Assembly: GCF_006345805.1 (NCBI RefSeq)
Contig: NC_043004.1
Location: 80,786,001-80,850,000 of the forward strand
Direction of reading: 5' to 3'
DNA length: 64,000 bases
Source: Octopus sinensis
Taxonomy: Eukaryota
Shown here in pieces: positions 1 to 13,517 of this stretch. Each line of letters begins with the position of its first letter. Within the stretch, counting starts at the first letter, position 1. The notes under the pieces were generated by a model. It saw nothing but the letters and a program-made list of their open reading frames with translations. It searched no databases and was not told the origin of the DNA. The translations under genes were made by a program, and so were the position numbers.

Positions 1-159
1 AACAACAACAATAATAACTATTATTTTCAGCAACTACGAAAAAAAAATTTTAAAAATGTTAAAAAAAAGAAAAAATCATTAAAAAAATTATTTAGTTGGC
101 CACCGTCAAACAAAACCACAGATGGCATTTTTCTACCACAAACTAACTATTATTACTAG

Positions 160-210
<51 letters not shown>

Positions 211-365
211 GTTATCATTATTCTTATTACGATTCTGAAATATTAAAATATACATGACGAATACAATCTTTTTTTTTTTGTTGATAACAACAATAGCGGA
301 AAATTCTGGTCATCCTTATTTTATATTATTATTATTATTAATATTATTATTATCATCAATATATT

Positions 366-1052
366 AAGGCGACAGGTTGGCAGAATTGTCTTAGCAGCAT
401 TTCTGCCAGCCTTTTTTTATGCTCTGAATTCAAACACCGCCAAGGTCAACTTTGCCTTTCATCCTTTCAAGGTCGATAAAGTAAGTACCAGTCATGCACT
501 GGGGTTCATGGAATTGACTTTCCCCCCTTTCTCCACCCCAAACCCCACCCCAAAAAAAAATTGCTGGCCTTGTGCCAAAATTAGAAAGAATAACTATCAA
601 TAAGGCAGAAAGCTGGTAGAATTGTTAGCACATTTGATGAAATTCTTAGCAGCATTTCCCCCAGCTATATATTCTGAGTTCAAATTCCACTGAGGTCGAC
701 TTTACCTTTTGTCCTTTCGGGGTCGATAAATTAAGTACCAGCTGCATACAGGGGGTTGATGTAATCGACTTACTCCCTCTCCAAATATTGCTGGCATTGT
801 GCTAAAATTTTGAAACCATTTTTATTCAGGCAGTGGAACGGCAGAAGCGTTAACATGTCAGACAAAATGCTCAGCATCATTTCTTACAACTTGTTTACGT
901 TCTGAGTTCAAATTCCACTGAGGTTGACTTTGCCTTTCACCCTTTCAAGGGTCAATAAAATAAAGTACCAGTGATGTACTGGGGTTGATGGCAATCAACT
1001 AACACCCTTTCCCTTGAAAATTGCTGGCCTTGTGCCAAAAAATTAAAATCAA
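366..1052 (+). mobile_element. Three diverged adjacent copies of tRNA-headed SINE family B
   Basis: Repeated head (AAGGC..G.TGGCAGAA..GTTAGCA), B-box-like GAGTTCAAATTCC and core GACTTTGCCTTTCATCCTTTC.GGGTCGATAAA at ~366, ~601 and ~827. Confidence 0.85.
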
Positions 1053-1899
1053 TATTACTGTTGTTATTATTATTATTATTATCATTATTATGATTATTAT
1101 TATTATTATTATTATTATAACTACTACTGCTACTACTACTATTGATTACTATAATTATAAAACTATTATTCTCATCGAATTTTGAAAGGAATTATGAGTT
1201 TTTTGTATTTTTTTTAAGATTGTGTGACAATGAAGGCATTGAGACAAAATAAAATAAAATAAAACACATGTAAAGAAAAAAAAGAAACTACAAAAATTAC
1301 AGCAAAGAAACAAACAAATAAACATTGTCTCAGGTTTTGACATATTCCTAACGACATGTTTTAATTAATACAACTAATTAATAGGCCCTTGGCTGGCTAT
1401 TTTTCACCTTCATTGTTCAAAATGGCTTGTTCTTTCATTTATATTATCTTTGACATTAAACGTATCTCGATGTATGTGCACAAGTGTGTGTATGCAAGTG
1501 GGAATTGTGTGCGGTGCATGTATGCATCTTTGTGCATTTTTACACATGAGTGTTGGTTTTTCTTTTTTTTTCGGTGAGTCCGTGAATGTATGTACGTGTG
1601 TGCGTGAGCGTGAGAGTGTGTGTATGTGTGTGTGTGTGTGCGGTCTTTGTTCCCTTTCGTAAACCAATGACAGTACTAAGGACTTAACCACCACCAGATC
1701 ACATCAGGGAATGCTGTCCCAAAATAAGTGCACTGCGACAACATGGAAGTAATGTTATATAGTAAATTGGAAAAAAAAATATATATATATAATAATAATA
1801 ATAAAAAAAAAAGTATCAAAAAATTTTTAAAAACTATAACAGCAACAACTACAACAACAATAAGAGATCAAAGGAAAAATCTATAATTTAATAATTGAT

Positions 1900-2020
1900 A
1901 TGTTTGTTTGAACTATGATTGTGTTTAATATATGTATATATACACAGATATGTATATATGTATGTGTATATATATATATATGTGTATATATATATATGTA
2001 TGTATATATATATGTATGTG

Positions 2021-2088
<68 letters not shown>

Positions 2089-2249
2089 TATGTATATATA
2101 TATGTATATATATGTATGTATGTATATATATATATGTATGTATGTATATATATACATGTATGTATGTATACACATATATATATATATGTATGTATATATA
2201 TATATGTATGTATGTATACACATATATATATATATGTATGTATGTATAC

Positions 2250-2281
<32 letters not shown>

Positions 2282-2468
2282 ACACATATATATATGTATG
2301 TATATATATATGTATACACATATATATATATATGTATGTGTGTATATATATATATATGTATGTATATATATATATGCATACGTATATATGTATGTATATA
2401 TATATATATATATGAATATGTATATATATATGCATACGTATATATATATATATGTATATATACATATG

Positions 2469-2534
<66 letters not shown>

Positions 2535-2579
2535 GAATATGTATATATATACATATATGCACACATGTATATCTGTGTG

Positions 2580-2612
<33 letters not shown>

Positions 2613-3080
2613 ATGTATCTTTGTATATATATATAGACAGATAGATGGAGATATAAATAAATATATATATATATTGTATAAATATATTACATATATATAC
2701 AGAGAGAGATTGAGAGATATATAATATATATGTATGTATGCATACATGCATGCACACACACGTATGTGTATATATAAAATATTTTATATGTATATATGTG
2801 TGTAAATGTTATATATGTGTAATATGCAATTTTATATGTAATGTATATATATGTGTGTGTGTGATATGTATGAATATATACATATACACATAATATGCAA
2901 TTTCGTTTAGTGTGTGTGTGTGTGTATAATATATAGATGTATCAAGCAACATACTTATTTACATTGTTCATTAAATGAGATTTATATATTTGATTATATA
3001 TATATATATCTATATATTCACATTTACTCACGTATTTTAAAATATGTATGTGTATGTATATATATACACACACACATACA

Positions 3081-3111
<31 letters not shown>

Positions 3112-3201
3112 CATATATACTCACACATATATATACACATATATACACACACATATATACATATCTATATATATATATACATATATATATGTGCATATAT
3201 A

Positions 3202-3246
<45 letters not shown>

Positions 3247-3460
3247 TTATATATAATATATATATATATATACATATGTTTGTGTGTGTGTACATGCATT
3301 CATATGCACGTGTGTAAATATCTGTCTATAAATATATTTGTATACACATGCACACACATATCTGTGTGTTTATATATATCTATATGTGTGTGTGTGTGTA
3401 TATATACATGTTCACACACACGTATATATACACAAACTGACACATTCATGTATGTGTGTT

Positions 3461-3493
<33 letters not shown>

Positions 3494-3515
3494 GTATATA
3501 GATACATATATACAT
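1900..3515. repeat. Compound (TA)n/(TATG)n/(CA)n microsatellite field
   Basis: Directly visible; source of the Y/I/M/C/H-rich spurious ORFs. Confidence 0.97.
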
Positions 3516-3646
3516 GAATGTATTTTTCCCCATGTGTAAGGAATTGTAGAAGTTGGGTTTTTTTCATTTTATTTTTTCTTTTGTTTTTTTTCTGTTTTTT
3601 TTTTACATGAATACTGTACAAAGAGATATTGAGTTTAGTGTAAGTT

Positions 3647-3737
3647 TTATGTGAGATCTAAAATATATTGGTTAGCTTTCAATACCGGTGCTAACTGCTG
3701 ATTGGTCAATAATATCATGTCTGCTACTCTGGATATC
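3647..3737 (-). CDS. Candidate terminal exon of an unidentified gene (ISRVADMILLTNQQLAPVLKANQYILDLT*)
   Basis: Unique sequence; acceptor tttctag|G; open frame to TAA at 3649-3647; phase-compatible with candidate exon 15085-15150; no homology recognised. Confidence 0.3.
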
Positions 3738-4221
3738 CTAGAAATTTTACACATTATTATAAATCAGGCTTTATTCTGTTTTCTTTTTTTTTTTTTTGTT
3801 TTTTTCTTTTGACAGCCAAAAAAAAAATAAATAACATACAAACACAGCAGTTCCTTGAAAAAAAAAACAACAACAATTGCGCTCCGTTGATTGCTATTTT
3901 TCTAATTATTAATAATCATACATGTAATTTGCAATGAGAAAGAAAAATAAATCAGAAACATCATTGAAAAAAATTTTTTTTTGAATAAAAAAAATTAAAA
4001 AGGAGAAAAGAATGTATTGGAAAAAAAAAGGAAATAAAAAAAAAGAACATAAAACAAACATTTTTTAGACATATTTTGCGACATGAACCAACAGTGAAAA
4101 ATTTTGTTAATCTCTCCATCTCTCTCTCTCTCTCCAGTCTGTATATCTATTTCTCTTTCTATCTATCTATCTATCTGATATTATGCAGTTAAAAACACAA
4201 AGTACAACTTTTACAAATAAC

Positions 4222-4258
<37 letters not shown>

Positions 4259-4729
4259 CACACATATATATATATGATAATAATGATAATAATAACAATA
4301 ATGTATAACATCACTCTAGTAAATATATTTGTTTAAGTATAAATTTCCTCGGTTTTTATTCTGTTTTTTTTTACTATTTATTATATTATTATTACCATGT
4401 GTTTTTTATGAATTGGGTCGCAGCATTGTTTAAGGCGGTGCTCCAGCATGGCCGCAGTCAAATGACTGAAACAAGTAAACGAGTAAAAGAATTGATGTTT
4501 TCTTGATTGTCGTTATCTGCATGATTGATATAAAAAAAAAAAACATAAATGGAGAGAAGGTAAACAAAAAAAAAATAATTATATATAAATAAATAAAATG
4601 AAATTATTGAATATATGATTTTTGCAATTTTAAAAGATGAAGGGAAAAAAATTATTGCACAAAAGAAAATAAATAATTGCAGAGTAAATCACAACAAAAC
4701 GAGAGAAGCAAATTACTAGATAAGAATTT

Positions 4730-5990
4730 ATATTTCTTGATAACCAAGAATTCTTATTTCTGATAATTGAAAATGTTTCTGGTCATTGGCTGTTTTTCCG
4801 GAAATTAAGAATTTTCTTATTTCTAGTAATAATGAATTCTTGTAATAAAAAAAAATTCTTATTTCTAGAAAAAAAACGTATGGATTCTTATTTCTGATAA
4901 TGAAGTCTTGTTTCTTGCAATGAAGAATTCGTACTTTTGATAAGCAAAAATTCGAGGAATAAAGGACTCTTGTCTTAGATAATTGCGGATTCTTCTGGTT
5001 AAGAAGAGTTCTTTTGGTAAGTAAACATTATTTATGGTAATCAAGACTTCTTTCTGGAAATTAAAAATTCTAGTTCTCAAGAATTATGTCTGGTAATCGA
5101 GAATTCTCATTTCTGGAAATCAAGAATTTTTATTTCAGCAAATCAAATATTTTAGTAATCAGGAATGATGTATTATGATGATTGAGAATTCTTATTTCTG
5201 ATAATAAAGAAAAATTTCTAGAAATCAAAAATTGTTCTAGTAACCAAATATTATTGTCAGGTAATTGAGATACTTCATTTCTGGAAATCAAGAATTAGTT
5301 CTAACAATTTTTGAGTTCCAGCAATGGAACTCAAAGATTCTTTTCCTGATAATATTTCAGAAAATCAAAATTCTCCCGGCAACCAAGATTTCTCATTTTT
5401 TGGTAATTAAGAATTATTTCTGATATTAAATAATTATTTTTTCTGGAAATTTAAAATTCTAATAACCAAGGATTATTGTATCAGAAAATTGAGAATTCTC
5501 ATTTCTGGAAATAAGGAATTATTATTTCCAGTTATTTTGATAATCTTATTTCTGGTTATCAAGAATTTTTTCAGGAATTCAAAAATTTTACCAAGCAAGA
5601 ATTATGTATGATGATTGAGATTTCTTATTTCTGGAAATCACGAATTCTTATTTCTGATAATAAAGAAATATTTCTAGAAATCAAAAATGCTTTTAGTGAC
5701 CAAGAATTATTATGTCAGGTAATTTGAGAATTCTCATTTCTGGAAATAAATCATTCTTCCAATAAGCCAGAATTATTTCTGGAAATCAAAAATTCTTCCA
5801 GTGACTAAGAATTATGTTAGGTATTCAAGAATTTTCTCTTCCAGTAACCAAGAATTCTTAGACTTTGTAACTGCAAATTACAAAACTACTTTTGGTACTC
5901 AAGAATGCCTGATAATGAAAAGTTCTTATTTCTAGTAACCAAAAATATTTTTCATAATTGAGAATTTTCATTTCTAGTAAACCTGACTTT
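4730..5990. repeat. Degenerate AT-rich satellite built from GAATTCTTATTTCTGGAAATCAA-like ~20-30 bp subunits
   Basis: Many variants of the subunit; a longer block near 5175 recurs near 5610, suggesting higher-order periodicity. Confidence 0.8.
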
Positions 5991-6244
5991 TCGTTCTCCA
6001 ATTCTCTCTGCACTCTCTTGTAAGTTTCATGGCTTTGGGTTCAGTTATAAAAGAGAACAATTTAAAGTGTTCAACTAAGGAATTCAGATTGTGATGGCTT
6101 AACATTGTTGCAAAAATAAAATTTAGCCATCTTACACTCTGGTGCTACTTTGGATTTCAGATTGAAATTCTTAACTCATTTTCATATATAACATAAATTT
6201 TGTCACGACAGCTGATTATGACTTCTGTCTGTGTGTTTGACTAA

Positions 6245-6668
6245 TCATCATCATCATTTAACGTCCGCATTCCATGCTAGCATGGGTTGGACGAATGACT
6301 GAGGGCTGGCGAACCAGATGGCTGCACCAGGCTCCAATCTTGATCTGGCAGCGTTTCTACAGCTGGATGCCCTTCCTAACACCAACCACTCCAAGAGTGT
6401 AGTGGGTGCTTCTACGTGCCACCGGCATGGGGCCAGTCAGACGGTACTGGCAATGACCTTGCTCTAATCTTTTACACATGCCACCGGCACAGGTGCCAGT
6501 AAGGCGATGCTGGTAACGAACAAGCTCATATGGTGCTCTTAATACCCTACTAGCATGGGGCTTGAGTGCCAGTAAGGTGACACTGGTAACGATCATACTC
6601 ATATGGTGCTCTTTGCACCCTGCTAGCACAGACGCCAGTCATCAAATTTGATTTTGATTTTGATTTGA
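6245..6668 (-). mobile_element. SINE family A with (ATG)n tail
   Basis: (CAT)n followed by TTTAACGTCCGC.TTCCATGCTAGCATGGGTTGGACG...GCTGGATGCCCTTCCTAAC; same block in ~10 copies in the window. Confidence 0.85.
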
Positions 6669-7129
6669 CTAATGATTATGATACACTGTCTAATGTTTTG
6701 TGTATCATATTTACTCATTATATATAGATTTTGTTTAGGCATGTGCCACATGCAAAATACTCAGTACAGTATGTAGAAATCGTGCTAAAGCAGATAGTGC
6801 TTGGCACTGTCTTCTATCTTACCAGTTCCTGTCAAACGATCTAACCAGTGCCAACATGGAGGAAAGATGTTTACCTTTTTAATAACAACCCATCAAGACT
6901 GCCCCAAGTTCTATGACAAACTTAGTACTGTATTGAAGAAGTCTAAATTACAACATTCCATCAAAATTTTAGGCTAAATTATTCCAGGCCCCAGTTTAAT
7001 AATTAGAAAGTTATTTTACTATATACTTCATTATTTTTAAAATTCTGTTCTACTTTAAGCACATGGCCCGAAATTTTTGGGGAGGGGTGTGTCGATTAGA
7101 TCGACCCCAGTATGTTTTTTTTTTTTTTT

Positions 7130-7405
7130 GTTCCTTCTCGAGTCATGCCTGGCTCATAGGGCCGGTTTCTCGGTTTCCTTGACATATAGGTTCCCACCTG
7201 GACGGGACGCCATTCCATCGCAGGTAAGCTGCATGATGCAGGAGGAAAGAGGTGGTGAAAGATTCAGCAGAGGTTTGCCATTACCTTCTACCTGAGCTGC
7301 ATGGAGCTTAGGTGTTTTCGCTCATAAACACACACATCACCCAGTCTGAGATTCGAACCCATGATCGCGAGTCCACTGCTCTAACCACTAGGCCATGTAC
7401 CTCCA
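7130..7405 (-). mobile_element. tRNA-headed SINE (family C/E type)
   Basis: Reverse tRNA-like head (GATTCGAACC...CTCTAACCACTAGGCCA); related copy near 24030-24200. Confidence 0.7.
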
Positions 7406-8285
7406 CACCCCAGAATGTAACTGGTACTTAATTTATTGACCCCCAAAAGGATGAAAGGCAAAGTCAACCTCGGAGGAATTTGAACTCAGAATGTAAAGAC
7501 AGACAAAATACCTATTTCTTTACTATCCACAAGAGGCTACACACAGAGAGGACAAACAAGAACAGACAAACGGATTAAGTCGATTATATCGACCCCAGTG
7601 CGTAACTGGTTCTTAATTTATCGACCCCGAAAGGATGAAAGGTAAAGTCGACCTCAGCAGAATTTGAACTCAGAACGTAGTGGCAGACAATATACCGCTA
7701 AGCGTTTCACCTGGCATGCTAATATTTCTGGTAGTTTGCTGCTTTATTTTTAAAACTAACTGAAACAAAGGCAGCATATGTTAACCGAAATATTGTAGCA
7801 AAAGGATTAAGATGATGATATGCAAACAACTTTATCTTTTATTAATAAAGAACATAGAATAGGGCGGTGAGCTGGCAGACTCATTAGCACACCGGGCGAA
7901 ATGCTTAGTGATATTTCGTCTGTCTTTATGTTCTGAGTTCAAATTCCATCGCGGTTGACTTTGCCTTTCATCCTTTCAAGGTCGATAAAGTAAGTACCAG
8001 TTACGCACTGAGGTCAATGTAATTGACTTAATCCCTTTGTCCTTGATTGTCCCCTCTATGTTTAGCCCCTTGCGGGCTATAAAGAAATAAGAAACGTTAG
8101 CATGCCGGACGAAATGCTTAACGGTATTTCATCTGTCTTTACGTTCAGAGTTCAAATTCCGCCGAGGTCGACTTTGCCTTTCATCCTTTCAGGGTCAATA
8201 AATTAAGTACCAGTTGTGTACTGGAGTCAATCTAATCGACTGGCACCCTCATCCAAAATTTCAGGTCTTATGCCTAGAGTAGAAA
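7405..8285. mobile_element. Head-to-head pair of SINE family B elements, each with tandemly repeated internal units
   Basis: Minus copy ~7405-7745, plus copy ~7861-8285; core repeated within each. Confidence 0.85.
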
Positions 8286-8639
8286 AAAAAATAAAGAAAG
8301 AACCTAGAATTAACAGAATGAAGTAAATGTAAATACAGATTTATTTTATTTTAAATTATTATTGAACATGATATGATATCTTATATTTTGGGGATTGTTT
8401 GATCCTTAAAATTACTTGGAACATCAGTAGTGTCATGTAAAAAGCCCCCAGGACACTTTGTATTGCAGCTGACATTAGAAAGGGCATCCAGCCATAGAAA
8501 CTATGCCAAAGCAGATGATTGGAGCCTGGTGCAGCTTTCTGGCATGCCAGCTCCTGTCATATCCAAACCATACCAGCATGGAAAACGAATGTTAAATAAT
8601 GATGATGAAGATGATGATGATGAGTAGGAACCGGTGTGT

Positions 8640-8960
8640 TGGGAGATAAACCACCCATGGAAATAAGATTATTTGTGTAACTTGTGGAGACCAGAGTATG
8701 CAGAAGAAGCTCACACATCCATATATTGGAACTGCAATACTTGCTGTGTTAAAGAATGATCCTGAGAGTTGCAATGAGCCCCAGGTTATATGATGTTAGA
8801 TCTGTAATCCCTCATAACCGATTGTCAACATTGTCTTGTCAACTCCTCCTGACACATAAAGTTTTTAGCTTTGACTATCATACATCGTCATTTAATCCTT
8901 TGCTTCCCTTGTGCATTACATGTGATACACAGGACATATTCCTCTGATGGCCGTAATACA
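8640..8960 (-). pseudogene. Degenerate Penelope-like GIY-YIG endonuclease remnant
   Basis: Mixed-frame minus translation gives YVLCITC..QGKQ, LYV.GE.TRQ, MRDYRSNII, AHCNSQDH, resembling PLE GIY-YIG motifs; several stops and frameshifts. Confidence 0.45.
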
Positions 8961-9118
8961 CATCCCCCACCCTACCCTTATTTTTGGACAGATAGACAAT
9001 ACAAAGGTGGATAAGTGAAACAACAATTAGAAGGACAGGCAAAAAAGACAGGTCAATTGTGGCCTTCTTTCTTCAGTAAAGTACCAGAAGTCATGACTGT
9101 TTCAGGCAGTTACACTTG

Positions 9119-9225
<107 letters not shown>

Positions 9226-9414
9226 AATACAGGAGGAGACGTGAGATGGAGAGTCACTGAAGACATCACAGGTGTATGACAAAAGATTTCCACTCCATGA
9301 CATAAAATATGAGTAATGATAAAGTGTTTGAGAATGCATATAAAGTGCATGTGTTTATTTGGCAAGAAAAAGAAAATGCTGATCCTGACATATGACAATA
9401 TATAAATATATATT

Positions 9415-9818
9415 AAGGCTACCCTTCAATCGTCAGGCAATATGCTGTGCTTGAGAAGACCTGTTGAGTCAAGCAAAATCGTTTTTGTGGCTGATGCCAG
9501 TACCGCCTGACTGGTACCCATACCGGTGGCACTTAAAAAGCATCATATGAGTGTGGTTGATGCTAGTGTCACCTGACTGGCTCCTGTACTGGTGGCATGT
9601 AAAAAGCAACATACAAGCGTGGTCAATGCCAGTGGTATGTAAAATATACCCACTACACTCTCGGAGTGGTTAGCATGAAGAAGGGCATCAAGCTGTAGAA
9701 ACCTTGCTAGATCAGATTGGAGCCTGGCACAGCCTCCTCGCTTGCCAATCCTTAGTCAAACCGTCCAACCCATGGCAGCATGGAAATCAGATGTTAAATG
9801 ATGATGATGATGATGATA
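9415..9818 (+). mobile_element. SINE family A
   Basis: Ends ...CAGATGTTAAATGATGATGATG; homologous to 6245-6668. Confidence 0.8.
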
Positions 9819-10349
9819 TAAATATATACATGTGTGTGTATACACTCATACACACATGCATACATGTAACATCTGTTTCAAGGAATTACATCTGATTCAT
9901 GCAAGCATAGAAAAGTGGATGTTAAAATAATTATGACAATTATGATGATTTAATTAAGAGTCTTGAAAGTGAAAAAGGAGATAGAAATTGTCTAAATGAA
10001 TTTATACAATTATTGAAACAACTAACACTTCAAAAATTCTTGTACTGCTTTAGCTGCAAAACCTTTCAATATTATATTCTTTAAATCCATTCGGAGACGT
10101 GAGTAAATTTGAAAGGAAAATAAAAAAAAATTGTTTATCTCAACATGTATTGAGAAAGTAAAGTGGAAATAAGTCGCATCTTTTACTAAACAGATTCATT
10201 AGATTCATTTTCACTGGTTGAAGTAACGAAAAATTTCTTTAGATGTATTTGTTTTGACTTATTGGGAACCATTGTGAATCATTGCTTTGATTGCCACCAT
10301 GAATAATAGCAGGAAATATGGCACACACACACACACAAGTACTTTTATC

Positions 10350-10765
10350 CTCTATCTTTTACTTGTTTCAGTCATTAGGCTGCAGCCATCTTGGGGCACT
10401 GCCTTGAAGAATTTTAGTCGAATGAATTGACTCCGGTACTGACTTTTTTGAAAACCCGGTACTTATTTTGTCAGACACTTTTGCCAAACCATGAAGTCAT
10501 GGGGACATAAACAAACCAACATTGGTTGTCAAGCGATGGTGGTGGTGGTGGTTGGGGTACAAACACAGACACACAAACATATACATATATATATATATAC
10601 GACAGGCTTCTGTCAGTTTCCATCTACCAAATCCACTCACAAGGCTTTGGTTGGCTTGAGGCTATGGTAGAAAACACTTGCCCAAGGTGACACACAGTGG
10701 GACTGAACCCTGAACCATGTGGTTGGGAAGCAAGCTTCTTTTCAAACAGCGACACCTACTCCTAG
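10350..10765 (-). mobile_element. SINE family D (head GGAGTGGCTGTGTGGTAAG, CCTTGGGCAAG core, internal microsatellite, TGACTGAAACAAGTAAAAGA tail)
   Basis: Homologous to 25490-25875 and many other copies. Confidence 0.85.
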
Positions 10766-10872
10766 GTTTATATATATGCGTGTGTGTGTGTATAAATATA
10801 TATATATATATATATATGTATGTATATGGTAGAAAATATTTTACTGGGGAAACAAAACCATAAAATTCTATT

Positions 10873-11152
10873 ATACAGTTCTATATTTAAGATAAGGAAT
10901 TATGTACCTTATTTACATTTGACGGATATTTGTCCTCATCTTGTTTGTTGTTAGCACGTTTCAACTGATACACCCTCTAGCCTTTATCTGGTGTCTTGGG
11001 AAATTTTCAAACCTGGGTTCTCATTCCTAAGGTATTTTTCGATGTTGTTGTTATTATTATTATTATTATTATCATTATTATTATTAATATTATTATTATT
11101 ATTCAGTTCACTGCTTGGAATCGAAATCAGAATCTTGAGGTTAGTAGTCCGG
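10873..11152 (-). mobile_element. Short element: tRNA-like head + (AAT)n + tail containing a degenerate hammerhead motif
   Basis: Inverted homology to 11173-11216 and to 13219-13369; minus-strand motif GACAC CAGATAA A GGCTA..CAGTT GAAACG at 10950-10995. Confidence 0.7.
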
Positions 11153-11154
11153 AA

Positions 11155-13369
11155 TCGTAGGGTAAGAAGCATGGACTACTAACCACAAGATTCCAAGTTC
11201 AATTTCAGGCAGTGACCTAAGTAATAATATTAATAATAATATTAATAATAATAATAATAATAATACATGGATCCTCGAAACACTAGCCATTAACAAAGTT
11301 GCACCAACCATTATAAAATACATAGGACACTCTATGAATAAATGGCAGACAGTGCTACAGCCCCAAACAAAAGAGGGACTTGTGAAAACCAAAGCCATCC
11401 CCATTAGAAGAGGAATATTCCAGGGAGACACGCTCTCTCCACTCCTTTTCTGCTTGGCACTGTCACCTCTATCTGATATGCTAAACAGAACTGGATGCGG
11501 ATATAAATGTTACGGCAAAACGATCAGCCACCTTTTATATATGGATGACCTAAAACTATACGCTGCAAATGACAAACAGCTGGAAACACTATTAAAGACA
11601 GTTCATGGATTTACCAAAGAAATAGATATGAAATTTGGATTGGAGAAATGCACCAAAGTAACCCTGAAAAGAGGAAAACTAGTTAAGAGTAGCAACATCA
11701 CACTAGATGAAACCAATGAAATAAAAGAATTAGACCAAAGCCAAACTTACAAATACTTAGGAATCCATGAACTAGATAAGACACAACACACACAAATGAA
11801 AGAGAAAATAAAAAAAGAATATTATAGACGAGTTAGATCAATACTGAAACAGAGGTCAATGCTAAAAATAAGATAATAGGTATCAACACTTTAGCTGTCC
11901 CAGTTATAAGTTACAGCTACAATATCCTTAACTGGACACGAAATGAACTGACCAAAATAGATAGGAAAACAAAACAAAATGACAGGATCTAGGATGCATC
12001 ACCCAAAATCTGACATAGAAAGACTATATATACAACGTATAGAAGGTGGTAGAGGCCTTATACAGCTGGAAAACTACTATAAAATAACCACCATAGGACT
12101 GCAAAAATATCTACTTCAGAAGGAAGGAAAACTGATCCAGATAGCGGCAAAACACGAGCAAAACAAAAAACTGTTCTCAGTATTTAAGGAAGCTGACAAA
12201 TACAAACAAGAAATCATACCACCTAATAAACATGAAGAAGAAGAAGAAGAAGATGAGGAAACAACAAAAGCTATAAAACAAATGAAATCCAAACTAAAAA
12301 TAGAACAGCAATGAACCATGATAAAACGATGGCAAGAAAAGCCCCTTCATGGCAAATACTGGACTAAACTAAATGCAAAAGAAATAGACAAAGAAAAATC
12401 CCAGCAATGGTTGAGAAGCTCAGGACTCAAAGCAGAGACAGAAGGATTTTTAATTGCAGCACAAGACCAAAGCCTCCCCACCAGAAATTACCAAAAACAT
12501 GTAATGAAAAGAAATATAACAAGTAACTTTAGAATATGTGGAGATGGACAAGAAACAATAAATCATATTATCTCTAGCTGCCCAGTCCTGGCTAAGAAGG
12601 AATATATTCACAGACACGACAGAGTTGAGACCTATATACACTGGAAACTATGCCAACATTATGAAATAACAACAGAAAAAAGATGGTATAGGCACACACC
12701 AGAAAAGGTCACAGAAAACGAGAAAGCAACCATACTCTAGGATATGCCAATACACAGATAGAGAAATTAAGGCCAACAGACCAGATATAGTTGTCAGAGA
12801 TCATGAAGAAAAAAAATGCTTTCTAGTTGATGTATCAATACCAGCAGATGACAACGTGTCTCTAAAAAAAATGGAGAAACTTTCAAAATACAAAGACCTG
12901 GAAATAGAGGTAACCAGAATGTGGAATCTAAAAACAGAAACAATTCCTATCATAATAGGTGCATTAGGCATGATAAAAAAATATTCAGACAAATACATAA
13001 CGGAAACACCAGGACTTACAAACACATATAACATACAGAAAATTGCACTACTAGGCACTGCACACATCCTACGCAGAACACTTTCCATACAATAACCATC
13101 AGAGCATCACAACAAATCACAGCACATACCCAAGGCACACAGAGCTGTGCTCGGTAGTGAAGTGAAAGCACGCTATAAAAAGAAAAATAATAATAGTAAT
13201 AATAATAATAAAAATGATAACATCGAAAAATACCTTAGGAATGAGAACCCAGGTTCAAAATTTCCCCAAGACACCTGATGAAGGTTGGAGGGTATATCAG
13301 CAGAAACATGTTAACAACAAACAAGATGAGGACAAATATCCATCAAATGTAAATAATGTAAAAAATTCC
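11155..13369 (+). mobile_element. Second copy of the tRNA-head/hammerhead-tail element, split by a LINE insertion in its (AAT)n
   Basis: Head 11155-11220 (B-box-like GTTCAATTTC), (AAT)n on both sides of the LINE, tail 13219-13369 with GACAC CTGATGA A GGTTG..CAGCA GAAAC at 13270-13307. Confidence 0.7.
11263..13212 (+). mobile_element. 5'-truncated non-LTR retrotransposon, RLE type (Dong/R4-like): RT, CCHC and restriction-like endonuclease, disrupted
   Basis: RT motifs RGIFQGDTLSPLLF, HLLYMDDLKLY, FGLEKC; zinc knuckle (F)RICG..ETINHIISSC; RHD; RPDIVV..LVDVSIP..KYKDL; frameshift near 11870, stops at ~12312 and ~12738; 3' UTR then (AAT)n. Confidence 0.93.
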
Positions 13370-13446
13370 ATAGTATCTTTATTATCATGGCTCTAATATA
13401 CTCTTAAATCTTGTAAAACAAATCTTCCGTGTTTTTTTATCTTATC

Positions 13447-13513
<67 letters not shown>

Positions 13514-13517
13514 ATAT

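Noticed and set aside
1881-3621. Long ORFs up to 292 aa rich in Y/I/H/M/C
   Set aside because: Translations of (TA)n/(TATG)n/(CA)n microsatellites, open in several frames on both strands; the same applies to similar ORFs throughout the window.
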